Below are positions 1-13,325 of a stretch of 64,000 nt of DNA, in pieces (positions within the stretch are counted from its first letter, which is position 1; every line of letters starts with the position of its first letter). Made by a program: the position numbers and the translations under genes. Location: positions 68,820,001 to 68,884,000 of the forward strand of contig OZ024740.1 of assembly GCA_964016885.1 (NCBI GenBank). The letters run 5' to 3'. The DNA comes from Eledone cirrhosa. Lineage: Eukaryota. Under the pieces are notes generated by a model. It was not told the DNA's origin and searched no databases. It worked only from the letters and a program-made list of their open reading frames with translations.

Positions 1-1312
1 TTCCTGTCCTTGAGGTCCCAGATCAGATCGGCCAGTTTTGTTTGGGGTCGTTTCGATCTATGTTTGAAGGAGCTGCTGTGGTTATACCAGCGCTCCTTAA
101 ACGTAGTGGATGTCGCACCTATATATGAGTACTCCTTATTGCCGGCAGTGACATCGCACCGGTAAACAATATTCTTAACGAGGCACTCCCCGTTTAGTGG
201 GCATTCGTCTCGTTTTTTGCAGTTGCATTTGGGAGTAACCGGTGCGGTGCAACGTTGGCGGTTGGTGTCGTGCGGTGTTGGTGTGGTGTGTGTGTTGTTG
301 TGTTGTGTTGTGTGTGTGGTTTCGTTCTGGGTTGTGGTGGTGGTTTGTTGGGGGGAAACCATGTGTTTTCGTATTTTTGCCCTATTATTGTGTGCTATTG
401 TGTGGCCTAGGTTTGGTGCTGTGGAGAAAGAGAATTTTACTGTGTTTATTGAAGAGCTTGTGGTATTTGTGTGTGTGGAAAAGATTGTTCGAGGGCCCTG
501 AAATTGGTTCCCGGTATGTTAGTGGCGACGTGTATAGAATAGGGGGAGTTATACCACGTGACAAGTCTACTTCGGTTTATGCGTTGTTTAGTGAGTTTGT
601 GTGTTTTGGTCAGGCGTCTGTTACAAATAGGTTCCAGGTAATCTATTGGCGTTATGTTCCTTGTCTCTATTGGTACGCAAACGTGTGCGATAGTCGGAGT
701 TGTTATTGGGGCTGGAGAGTATGGCTTTATCTCCTAGACAGTTATGTGTGGTGCTGTCTACGCTGCCGGCTAGGGGGCGTCTAAGGTTATTGTGTGTCCT
801 ATATGTGGAGGTTTCTTCTAAGTTCGTTTCTAAGTGTCCTGCTATGTTTAGCTGTGTTGCGGTTCTATTAGGGTTGATGTAAGAAATATTCTCAGTATAA
901 CCAGCGTTTATAAGTGCGGAGTCATAGTATTCCTCGTGCTGCTTGAAGATGTTTTCGTTGGTCGACAGTGTGGACACTCTATTGGAGACACTTTTAACTA
1001 TAGAGTTAATTATGCTCTTAGGGTGATTGGAGTGTCTATTGACGTATCTAAGATTTTCATTAGGTTTGTGGTATGGACGGTAGAGAATACACAAACGACT
1101 TAGGTACATCTTTAAGACCCAAGGTTTAGCAGTAGAAATTAAACCCAACAATAGGACAGTTAAATTCTTAGACGTCACCCTAGAATTAGACTCTACCGTC
1201 CATACCACAAATCTAATGAAAATCTTAGATACGTCAATAGACACTCCAACCACCATAAGAGCATAATTAACTCTATAGTTAAAAGTGTCTCCAACAGAGT
1301 GTCCACACTGTC
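1..1312 (-). mobile_element. Penelope-like element fragment (RT C-terminal region, linker, GIY-YIG endonuclease) with inverted 5' segment
   Basis: Minus strand 60-235 reads CNCKKRDECPLNGECLVKNIVYRCDVTAGNKEYSYIGATSTTFKERWYNH (GIY-YIG). ORF 621..1424 contains YRPYHKPNENLRYVNRHSNHPKSIINSI...RVSTLS (PLE RT thumb). Segment 1085-1312 is in opposite orientation and reads VKFLDVTL. Confidence 0.9.
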
Positions 1313-1314
1313 GG

Positions 1315-1830
1315 ATTGTGTGGATTTGTATATTTCTCTGTATTTTCCTGTGTTTTTGTTTGCTTCTCTGTTTCCTATTCTGACCACAGTTATTGTGTTG
1401 TAGGAGGAGGTGACACAATGTCACCCATGTTTTCTATTAATGATTTGTTTAATCTTTATTATGTGTGAGGCCTCCGTAATTTGTCTGAGCGTTGTGTATG
1501 TTCAATGTGATCTATTGAGCTTCTATTTTCAATTGTACCATTTTGTTATGACACTATCGAAATTTTCTTCTTTTTGACTTCTCGCCAGTGTTCATTTATC
1601 CATGCATACTATGCTACGGGTTGTCTCATCTATATATGATGTCATGTTTCTCCCTGTCCCTCTGTACAATTTATCTTATTAGCTGCATTCCAATATATGC
1701 AGTTTGCTTTCGGGTTTACCTTACACACTAAACGATTGCTATCAGTACAGGTGTTTTCTTAAAAAGTGTATGTTATGCTGATCAGAGATTTATGGAGTGG
1801 GTTCAAATCATTATTTTAATGATTGTTCGT
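1315..1830 (-). mobile_element. Degraded PLE GIY-YIG fragment (second family)
   Basis: Minus strand 1600-1690 reads KINCTEG..NMTSYIDETTRSI; nucleotide similarity to 36300-36500. Confidence 0.65.
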
Positions 1831-2189
1831 CGGCTGATTCCTATCCGCTGGCATATCAGTGTTTCTATGTTATGCACTCATCTAATTCAATGCTTATACT
1901 TTAATCTCCCTAAATTATTAACTAACAATGTTACTGAATTACGATAATATATTTCGAATGAAAGTTACTACTATTTTAAAATGATTTTGTACATATTCAA
2001 ACATTTGGAATGAATTAGTATTATACCTTTCTTATTATAAACTAGGTGTTTCGCACATAACTTATTCTTTTTCCAATCCAAGAATTTTTTTTTTTACATT
2101 TAATTGCTTTTTAACACTCTCAGTATTTTTACATTTAATTGCTTTTTAACACTCTCAGTATTTTTCTATATATTTACCCCTTATTGTTC

Positions 2190-2611
2190 TACTTACTGTT
2201 TCGACTCCCTCCCCCTCCCTAGTATCTTCTTTGACCTCATACCCAGCTGTAGTCGGCGCTATCAACGCATGAATGGGTCTCCTCCACCCCTCTCCCTCTT
2301 TCTCCTACTGACAGGTTTAGCTACCCCTTCCCTCCACAAATTGCCATCATAGAATTATTATGTCTCAACAACAAACTTTTGACCAATCCCTGTGACAATA
2401 ACTTTGACCATATATGGAATTACCCTTTGAGAAGCTCGGCTATTCAAATACCAGGATAAAAATGTTCATTTAGTCCAGAATTAGCCGTCGAAACGGCTTG
2501 AGCTCAGCCGTCGGGGTCCTACTCGTTCCTATTACCCACTCTACTACCCTAAGTATTGAGTACTTTTTGATGCGTTATGGTCCACCTGGTTCCTTACCAC
2601 AGTTCCTCCGT

Positions 2612-2612
<1 letters not shown>
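2190..2612 (+). mobile_element. PLE pseudo-LTR / terminal fragment abutting (TA)n
   Basis: Carries a hammerhead motif; its 3' part recurs at 31714-31856, 53275-53322 and, diverged, at 48561-48666. Confidence 0.7.
2422..2517 (+). ncRNA. Type I hammerhead ribozyme, U3-A8 core variant with extended stem II
   Basis: Stem I ACCCT 2422-26/GGGGT 2513-17; core TTGAGAA 2427-33; stem II CGGCTA/TAGCCG; GAAA 2490-93; stem III ACGGCT/AGCCGT; GTC triplet ending at 2512. Confidence 0.7.
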
Positions 2613-2892
<280 letters not shown>

Positions 2893-3300
2893 GCATATTA
2901 AAAATTAATGCAAAAACTCTTGAAATAAATGCAGGAAGCTATAAGCGGATATCTTCTTAGCAGAGAAAAAAAAAAAATTTATAATAAGAAAAGAAAATAA
3001 CTCATATATCTAAAATGGTTTATAAAGTTCTTTTTGAAAAAAAAAAAACATGTTTTGTTGATGTCCAAGAAATAAAAAGAAATAACATATACGCGAGAAG
3101 AAAAGAAGGACTTGACTCGAAAAGATTTACATATCTTTTCTTTCATATCTAGACTCAGCTATAGAGAAAAAATGTCCATATATACAATGGAACCTATTAA
3201 TTTCGTTAACATGAATGAGATAGTACGATGTATGTATATATATTTATTTATACATACATACATACGTACAAGCACACGCACATATACTCTCATACACACC

Positions 3301-3337
<37 letters not shown>

Positions 3338-3363
3338 GAATATATGTCTATATATATATATAT

Positions 3364-3395
<32 letters not shown>

Positions 3396-3479
3396 GGTGT
3401 GTGTGTGAGTGTGTATGTGTGTGTGTGTGCATATATATATATGTATATATATATATGTATATATATATATTCCTAAATA

Positions 3480-5040
3480 AGGGTGATCGATATTCAGTTT
3501 TGCAATTTGACCTCCAATATGGTTCAAAAGCCTGTGATAAGAGAAGCATTTAGGAAATTAAAGATGCGTTTGACCAAACTATAACAAAGCAAACCGGCGA
3601 ATTCAAAAGATATTATGTTGTAATTTCATTCATTTTTACTGGTCTCAGTCGTTGAACTACGGTCAGGCAGTCCACAATACCAAAAGGGTATATGAGAGCA
3701 TATACTATATATCTATATAAAATAAATATACGAAAATTTCGTTATGAGAGAAACATTTTCTTTTTCTTTTGGTCTGTGTAGATGTCGCAGATAGCTCAGT
3801 AGTGTTTGTCAAAATCCAGAGAGCTGTTTCGAGATTCGTTAATCTCTCATCAGTGTCATTCACTCTCTTGGTACTGAGATGAAGATAATATTTCCATTCG
3901 ATGTAGTGTTGGATGTTCTGTGTTAAATGAAGATACGAGTTCATCATCGCTGGAGCGTGTTTGATCATGTGTCAGCTCCATCCGTGCAGTTTTTGAGTAA
4001 TACAACAGCAAAAAGTGATGACTAGAAGGTACGTGTTACCTCGGTTTGTTAAGTATGACTATTACTTGTTAGAGGTTGATAGATGAAATGAAGAGTTATA
4101 GCGAGGAAAGTAAAGAATTGAACATGGTTGTTATTGAGAGGTGTGAAGTAGTAAAAAGTAGAAGAATGAATGGAAACGAATATTCGAATACATAAAGTAC
4201 ATATGTGTGTTATTTGTCTTAACTTCGAATTATCGATCAGGTAATTTTCCACGTTAAACATATGATTTATCTAGATAAATGTTGGAATATTACGTAACAC
4301 TTTCGCTGCCAAAAAAATGTGTGAAGCAACTTTATTTCCCCTTCACCAGCAACCATGAAGCTATAGGAAACAAATTTAACTCAATTCGAAAATTGAAGAA
4401 TATTAGTTCTCGTTTGCAAAAGGGCATTGTTAGTTTCATAACATGGAATGTTATCGTTGTCTTACTCGACCAAGAAATTATTTACTTAAAAAAGAATATA
4501 TTTTGGTATGAAACACTGTAATATGGTATAAGAATTGTTTCAAGGATACCAATACAAGTTAGAATATGCGAGGCAGAAACCACCAATTTTGACGTTTGAC
4601 TTATTTTCATATATAAAATAAATATATATGAAATATAAGCTAAAGCGTAAACTGTTATTTATTTAGTTTGTTATACGCTACTCCCATTTTCACCCCATTA
4701 TTTCTAACTTGCATTGTACAGGCTTTCAGAAAACAATTCTAATCACGCATTTTCCTTATGGTTTCAAGAGAATCGGTAAACACAAAATGCATAAGAGATG
4801 ATTTTTTTTATAGGATCCAGGCATGTAAAATTATACCCCATCAATATTTGTAGCAACTTAAATTGATGAAATTGATTTCTGGTGCTTAGCTGCATGTAGC
4901 AGATGCACAGCCTACTCAATAATAAAATGATATATATTTCTAAAGGCGATCTGATGACATGTTTTCGATACAACAATTAAGACGAAACGGTATTCATTGC
5001 ATACTCAATTCATAAGTTATCTCAATATCGATCACCTTGA
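3480..5040. mobile_element. Possible old DNA transposon bounded by short terminal inverted repeats
   Basis: GGTGATCGATATT at ~3482 is the reverse complement of AATATCGATCACC at ~5024; no transposase frame recognised between them. Confidence 0.3.
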
Positions 5041-5299
5041 GTGCATCAGAAAATACCGGCTATAATATAAATGTTTAGTATAAATATTTGGAAAATATTG
5101 TTTTGTTAAATCCAGACTACAATATAACCAGTATATATAATATCGACCTCTCATTAATACAGGAATATTTCCTAAAACGTAGTCACTCTAACACTTACGG
5201 CAAAACCGAACCTGTTTAACTAACATAAGAATCACTTCTTACTTTGGGACGAAGTCACAAGTCTATTAACGATGCAAAGATTGTTTCGGTAATATACAT

Positions 5300-5486
5300 A
5301 ATTGTTTCTACTTTAGGCACAAGGCCAACAATTACCCAGTGCATTAGTGGTACTTTATTTTATCGACCCCGTAAGGATTGAAGCAAAGTTAACCCCGGCG
5401 GGATATGAACTCAGATCGTAAAGGGACGTAACTATGATGGAAAGCATGGCGTCCCACCCTCTACCGATACTGCCAATCCACCGCCT
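5300..5486 (-). mobile_element. tRNA-derived SINE (family A)
   Basis: Minus strand shows A box TGGCAGTATCGG, B box GAGTTCATATCC, central ATCCTTACGGGGTCGATAAAATAAAGTACC and tail GGCCTTGTGCCTAAAGTAGAAACAATT; about ten copies in this window. Confidence 0.9.
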
Positions 5487-7937
5487 TTTAATATACATAA
5501 TGTAATATTTCTGTAATATACATAATGATCAGTAATGATTGAGAAATGAAATCACCGTAAGATAGAGTCGAAACTTAGTAGCATTTTCTTGGCGCTAGAC
5601 AAAGGAGTGGTTCATTTTTAATCGAGCAAATTTATGTAAATCGTATTTGGTACAAATAAAATCGCCAAAATTTCAGTCATAAGAATTATATGATCTAATT
5701 CTTAGTTTCGCTAAAAATAGCGCATTAAATCAATATGTAAAAATGTTTATAAAATGAATGTTTTGAAGAATGTGAAATAATACGTCAAAATTAAACACTC
5801 AATATATACTTTCATTAACTAAGGCTTTTAATTCAGACACATTTTCTAGATAGATAAATAAACGTTTACATAGCGAAACCAAATTCTTTCATATATTTTG
5901 GAAAATATATTCGGTGCATAATTCTTAACTCCAGATTGCTTTCGCTTGCTTTAGATTGATTTTGTAATTAATTAAATTGCTCTTCAATTTATTCACACAA
6001 TGCTAATCAGGTTACTCCCTGAAGTATTAATGGAATATTTTTTTATAGCCTCAGCGACTACTATTAAGAGTAAAAGTATGAAGATTCCACTTAATATCCT
6101 GTCTACTTTCTGCCAGAAGAAAATGCATTATGCATGGGCTTTATTTTTCTATCAGTTATATAACATCCAATTTCACTCATTGAAAATGTTATAGCATCGG
6201 TGCAAAATTAATTTCATACTTAAAATCTATGTTAGAGGAAAGCGTTGGTAACCATCCAAAATAGTATATGTATTTTGTTTATCCTCTGAGCTTTATATCA
6301 TATTCCCTAAACTTGCTTCCTGAATCATTCATCTGAATTACTCTTAATTCAGATTTATTATTCTTTGATGTGATGATAATACTTATAGAGACAATTAAGA
6401 CGTCAGTTACCGTCGCAAACAAATGAGAGAAGGATAATGATTAAATGGCTATTTGGATTAGAGCCAAAATAATGTTAAATCTGTCAGGAATATAAATAGG
6501 CCTATTGTAGACCATTTCACAACATATTAGACAAGCTTTGAAAGAGAAAGTACACTGTGTGTTGTTGCTACTTCAAATACAGCTACAGTAATGTGTGTTT
6601 GTGTATGCGGATATGATTATTCTTGCAGCTAAATGTATTGAGTGTCCAGAAAAGAATGCACCGCTTTCAGCATCATATGAGTCATGTTACAAAATATACA
6701 TGTGAAGGAACGCGGGAAATTAACAGATTCGCTGTCCCAGGATTGTACAGGTTCTAATTTTAAATCAAATTGAATCAATTCATGATTCTCAGTTCAAATT
6801 TCATTCAGGTCAACCTTATTATTCATCATTTAAAAGTTGATGGATTGGGATGATTGCTAAATAATAGTACGTAATACACTACAGCTTTCCTCCTTATTTG
6901 CAGGTTCTCTGTTCAATTTCAGGCGACGTAAACTTTACCTTTCTTCATCCTTATATCGGAGGTTTAGTAAATTGATTAAGACGGCTGCCAAAGAGCCTGA
7001 CGTTATCTGAATTCAAATTCTACTGAGACCAATTATACCTTTCATCATTTTGATGTTGAGAGATTTGTGTATAATACTAATGCATTAGTTACAATGTGTT
7101 GCAGTATTCGTTCTGGTACCATAGATTGAGAGATCAATTCCCGCCAAGGTCAACTTTAGCTTTATTCCCTTCGTTATATTTACTGGTGGAAAAGTAGAAT
7201 CTTTAAAACGTTCAACTAAATGGTTTATGATATTTGTTTTAGATTGTTAGGCTCTAAATACGTAAGTAGATGAGATGTGATTTATTTCTGTTTATCCAGC
7301 CGACAAGATGGTGTCATTTGAAACTTACCCAAATTGTACTTACATGGTGAAGGATTCTTTCCAAACTGACGTTGCCGAATATATAAAAGGAATATAGGAA
7401 GAAACATTTTTTTTTATATTAAGAATATTAAGACTAAGCTCACATCTCATCACAGGATAATGTAAGCAGATGGTTTCTGTATATACATAAGATTGATAGA
7501 AATATGAAATTAAATATAGACATTCGCTCTATTTTCATTTCATAGGTGATGGTTAATTGATAGATTCTGCTTCTAACCAAATATATACATACACAAACTC
7601 ATTGGTTAGCCAGGACAGTAGTTTATCCTGTCCCCTCTTATAAACATATTTACAAACAGAAAATGTTGCAAACACACACATATGTGCGCGCACGCACTTA
7701 GGCAAACATATTATCAGATGTTTAGATAGATTTCTGCGTGTTTACATGTTTCACATTCACATCTATCTACCTACATATTTCTCTCCGTTCTTCCCCTCTT
7801 ATTATCCTTCCCCCACTCTCTCTTTCCTTCTTCTCTCTCTATATATATGAATATATGTTTGTGTTTTTGTTGGTTTGTATATACGTGCGTGTGTATGTGT
7901 ATATATATATCATATGTACACACTTATATTTACATAA

Positions 7938-8008
<71 letters not shown>

Positions 8009-8554
8009 TATATATGGGAGTGAATCTATGTAGAGTAGAAACGCCTCTTTATATACTAGAAAAGCATAAGTTGGTTGACATATTTATTTATGCTACAGTT
8101 TAGATCTGTTGTATTCACCAAAATATAGGAAACGACATCTGTTTTTGTACAGAAGATACGAAACAAAAAATACTGAAACATCAAAACAATTGTTCATACC
8201 ATGAAATTTTAGAAGATGGTTATTTAGTAGATGTTTGTGTTGAGAATGTGTGTATTGTGTCACGGAAGTCACCATTGAAAACGTTAAAAGCAATGTTGGG
8301 GAAAATAGCATCTTATGACTTTATAATTGTTTATATATAATTTATTTACAGATTACAAAGGTTAGAAGAATGTCTCTTGATAGGATAGTTAATGTTATCA
8401 ATAAAAAGGTTATAAAGGTTTAAATGGCATGCCAAGAAAAATAAATTAATTAAGAGTTTAAGAAGGTACGGTCAACTGGCTGAGGCATTAGCCAGGTCCG
8501 TAGTGATATCTGTTGCTACATATTGTCTATGCTTGAGGAACGAAAGTAAGAGAT

Positions 8555-8680
8555 GTTTACCTTCACGGTGTCGAGCTGTACGAGAGAGATTGTTTCGAAT
8601 CGCCGCGGGAATCTTTCCCTCTGGGCGGAATTCGAGATACATTCTGCTACGCTGGTAGCGATTGGCTGAACTGAGTCAAA
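8555..8680 (-). promoter_or_regulatory. Candidate Pol II promoter and non-coding first exon
   Basis: CpG-rich island in AT-rich background; GC box 8623-28, CCAAT (minus) 8661-65, TGAGTCA 8672-78, minus-strand donor GAAG|GTAAAC at 8561/8560. Confidence 0.35.
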
Positions 8681-9282
8681 CAACCTACGGAGAATGTATC
8701 CACGAGCCCTTGGAATGTATGTCACTACAAAATAACATAATTTATTTCAACTAAACAAGGAGAGAAATAGAAACATTTACATTACATGACACATATCTTG
8801 TTAAAATATATTTTTGAATAGTAGCGTTATAATTCAGAATACAAACGGTGGTCTACAGTTTCTTTTAATATTTTAAAGACAGTTTTCTGCTCTATACTAC
8901 ACTTAATATGATTGTTTATACTAACCGGAAACCTTAATGGATTTTAACGGCAGAAAATGTTTTAATGAATGAATATATGTCCATATGCAACACAGATGAA
9001 AGAAAAACACGATAAAATAATTAAAAAAATCTATATAGAACAATTATTAGGAGTTAGGCGTAAGTTTAATCGGTTTCATTGTAATGTTCAAACCACAGGA
9101 TTTTTTCATTCACATTTAATGACTACTCTACATCAATTAGCAATTTATTGCTAGGGGTTTGTCGTCCTAAATTAACTAATTTATTTAGAGCAAGATGTGT
9201 AAATGCAGTATTGTTAAAATCCTTTGCTAGGTCGATAAATAAAGTACTATTATAATACTGGATTGATTTCTTTCCACATTCT

Positions 9283-9289
<7 letters not shown>

Positions 9290-9362
<73 letters not shown>
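9290..9362. repeat. (CT)n microsatellite
   Basis: Seen directly. Confidence 0.98.
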
Positions 9363-9367
<5 letters not shown>

Positions 9368-11520
9368 CTATCTTTCTCTCTTTCTCTCTTCTTTTCTAGA
9401 AGAAACCGGTTCTGTTCAAATCTGGAAAGTAATGTGTTCTGCTAGGTTTAAATGGCCATTACACGCCGTACGTCAACGGCTAATACAGCATCAACATCAT
9501 TTAAATTATCTGCATTTATCTCTCATAAGGTTAGTCTATCTCATTTTAAGATGTGAAGATTTGTGGACTTCTCTAATATAATTTAATTTCAGATACTAAG
9601 AGTAAATTTGAAGTATAATTAAAATGCTGCATTGCTGAAGAGGATATAGACTCATAGCTCAAGGGATATACACACACATTATGCTATTTCACATTGTGAA
9701 TATGGACTGGTAATTGTACACTGCTTCAATTTGAACAGTTAAAATCGGATTAAATTGGAAATAACGTAATATGTTAATGTATTCGCAAGGAAGTCATTCT
9801 AAAGATTAAATATTGAAATTTGCGTTCTGAAATACTGCTTATGTTTGTTCAAAGACCGATGACATTTTAAGCTTTAAATAATTGTGAAAACTGATTTAGT
9901 TGACTATTCATAGTTTTATCATTTTTTCTAAATATAAATAGTGTATCGCGCTCCACCATTCTTTCGGGGTCGGTGAAATAGGTTGCTACTTAGAGTCGAT
10001 GAACTGGTGGAATTTCTAGGACAGGTTTAATGGTAGTATTTCTTTTCTGATTTCATACACACGTGTGGGGTTTTCGGATTGTAGGCTTAATATGTCACCC
10101 GATTTAATCTCACCACTTGTAACTCGGTTGACTTTAGCACATTCTAACTTGTAAGCGATATCCGCTCTGAGGATATATGCAACACTCCCACATACCAGGT
10201 CCAGAGGCTCTGAAATGGTTTATGGTAATTGGTCTTCTCTACTAGAGTTTACATTAAAAAAATTCTCTAAATTTTATTTGGTAAACGAAATTCATAAAAA
10301 TGTTCTGATTTATATAAATCATATCGTGGCCGTCGAATCTTGACATTAGAACAATACACGTTGTAATTATCTAAAATGGATAAATATATAGTTTCAATAA
10401 CCTCTTGTGAAAACAAAGAATTCAGGTTATTGAATCATTTAACATATTCTTCAATACCTAATTGCTGTCTTTCATCAAATTGGATTTTAATGAAGCGTAT
10501 CGTTTCCAACTAGGATTTTTGCCCTTGATGAATTAAACAAAGGCAGTTATTCATATCCAATATATACACAGTCATCTCAGTTTTCGCACTGATAAATATT
10601 GTTTAATTATTCGAGTTCAACAGCACCCAGTACATGAAAGGAAACATGATGTGTGATTATTGTTGTTGTTTTTTAATTCACTAAATCGGAGTAGGAAGCA
10701 TAAGATTGGGGAAGAACCCACAAATTATAGATTATGTTCAGACTATAAATTATGTCCTAATGCTTAAAAGAAGAGAAAAATATTCCACAAAAAAAACACA
10801 ACGATCTGTGTAATAAATCTACAAGCTGAGATTACCCATCATCATTGTTGATACACGCCTGGCCAATTTCCTTCTCAATGTTTGAGTTAATTTGAGGCTA
10901 AGATAGAATACATATACTGGAGGTGTCGTGTAGAGAATTTGGATCTAAACCAATGTACACAGCAAATACAATAATTCCACAGGTGTACATACATTACGAA
11001 AACTAGGGTCGATTTTAAGAATTTTTTACGAACCCTTACTGAAATCCGTAATGCGACATTTTACGATTTGCTCTGTTGAATTTGTAGTTAGATGTATAAT
11101 ATAGAATAAATTACCGAAGAATATGCATAAAGGTGTTTTTTATTAACCATGAATTTTAACAGCGGTGTTTATATTCTATAGTTAAACCTGTATTAAATTA
11201 ACATATTCTAATACATGCCATGCTGTGCATAAATATCAATTTGTAAATTAATTACACCGATGAAATTTGACACTAATCAAATTAGACAAACCATAATGGT
11301 TATATCCTAATTTACTGTGTTAATGTTCATTTTGTGGAGTGTATGTTACAAGAGAAAAACGAAATATACATAGCTGTGTGTTGTGTGTGTGTGTTTTTTT
11401 TTTATACGAAGAGAGCAATATAATTGTATTTACATTTAGAAAACTTATAAAGACCAAATTCATTTACATTTTTCTCTTTCTCTTATATACATATATATAT
11501 ATATACCTATACACACAGAG

Positions 11521-11528
11521 AAGTAGTA

Positions 11529-11563
<35 letters not shown>

Positions 11564-11564
11564 T

Positions 11565-11604
<40 letters not shown>

Positions 11605-11626
11605 CATCAGCATCAGCATCAGCATC

Positions 11627-11679
<53 letters not shown>

Positions 11680-11682
11680 CAG
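11521..11682. repeat. (AGT)n microsatellite with internal (AGCATC)n
   Basis: Seen directly; explains the poly-S and poly-L ORFs. Confidence 0.97.
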
Positions 11683-12181
11683 TATTCGGGAGAGTTGTCT
11701 CACAATTCTATAAAGCACAGTGTTGTTATGGAAAATAGACAAAACGCAAGAATGAAACTATACATGAGATTCAGAACATTCATCTTCTAAATGTTATCCT
11801 AATAACACTTAACTTCTTTCTTCCAAAGTACTGAGTTTAGTGGAAAATAACGCAAGAATTTTCAGCAATTGGTTTTACATTCCTTAGTAAAAGCTGTCAC
11901 AGAAGATGTTTAGTATTGATTAAATCTGTCATCATCCTAATCATACACATTAGCTTTCAAATCTTATCGATTTATCGTTAGAATCTTAAATAAGAACGAA
12001 GAAAAAAGAGGCAAGCAAACAATCATGTACATCGAGATATCTACTTTAAAGTGAAAGAGATAGACAGAATACACAATTAATGAATCGTATTCTAGTATAT
12101 CAGATATATCCGTATGAAGTAAGATTCAACGTATGATTGCTGAATGCTGTAGCTATAGCTTACATTTAATATGTATATATC

Positions 12182-12213
<32 letters not shown>

Positions 12214-12217
<4 letters not shown>

Positions 12218-12266
12218 TTCCTGATGATTTCTAATGAATGAAACAGTTCTAGTCCTGTAGAATCTC
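12214..12266 (+). ncRNA. Type I minimal hammerhead ribozyme in a PLE terminal fragment (12214-12349)
   Basis: Stem I GAGATTC/GAATCTC (7 bp perfect); CTGATGA 12221-27; weak stem II TTC/GAA; GAAA 12240-43; stem III ACAG/CTGT; GTA triplet ending at 12259. Confidence 0.8.
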
Positions 12267-12347
12267 ATCTATATTAAAACTGTTATACTCTGCTATGTAT
12301 TGAGTACCTTACTTACTGTGGTTACCTCCGATTCAACCCGGAATAAC

Positions 12348-12413
<66 letters not shown>

Positions 12414-12416
<3 letters not shown>

Positions 12417-12915
12417 CTGTCAACACCCTTCCGACGGAGGGCTGGGCATGCCGTGGCTAATGATGCGCAAACATGCGCTGATGCTACGGCATCTCCAGGT
12501 ATTCCTCACCGACCAACCGGTGTTGGCACCGTTTGTGAGACAGGCCTTCCCACAACTTGTCTCGCTGACGGAGCTGCAGTCCTGGCTGAAGCGAAGACCG
12601 AAGAAGTTGGGCACCTGGCACATTGAATACGCCCAGGCGCTCAAAGTCCCCTGTCAAGCGGGCACAGCAATCAGTGGAGACCCCACTTCGACATTCTATA
12701 AAGGGCTAGTACTTTACAAGTGCGACGACGTGCTCGGGGAGACTCTAGGCATCGAAGACGACGAGCTCACCATTTGTGGCGCCTCCCACTTTTGGGGATT
12801 TCGATTGTTATAATTGTTTGTTTCAATATTTTTACACGACTGTATGAAAAATCCACGGCATGTGTCTTTGTAATGTTCCCTTTTCTTGTGGGCCCTTGTG
12901 CCAAATAAAGAAATA
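12414..12915 (+). mobile_element. L1/Tx1-clade LINE, short 5'-truncated and internally deleted copy (copy 1)
   Basis: GLGMPWLMMRKHALMLRHLQVFL...LVSLTELQSW matches copies 2-4; jumps to the 3' UTR at ~12775; AATAAA followed by a TATC-rich tail. Confidence 0.9.
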
Positions 12916-13325
12916 TATATGTATGTCTATCTATCTATATATCTATCTATCTACACACGCGTGAAACTTGCTGGGTAAGTTCTGCCTAAATTTCTATAGA
13001 AATTCTTAAACCTTCATTTTTATACCAATTTGTGGAGGGACTGCCAGGTCAAATTTTGATCTGGTCAGTCTCTAAAAATATTCTCAGCCTTTAGGCGAAA
13101 TAGTTCACAAAAAGTTTTTTGGGGAAAAGCTAACAATTTTTTTTAAATGGCTGAAGCTTCTTCACCAACATTCGAAGGAGGAAAGGGGAAGATATGCTTA
13201 CAGCTTCCCCCTGCCTCTGTCATAGTAGCAGATGTCAAAGGCAAAGGTCAGCCAGAGGAAGGTTTTCTCCACCTGCTGACCGACAACTTGACGTTGGCAT
13301 GGCAACAAACGAAAAGTGTGAAACA

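Noticed and set aside
2090-2165. Short tandem duplications (also 32771-32831)
   Set aside because: Ordinary slippage duplications with no further structure.
11339-11742. Poly-Ser / poly-Leu ORFs
   Set aside because: Produced by the (AGT)n repeat.
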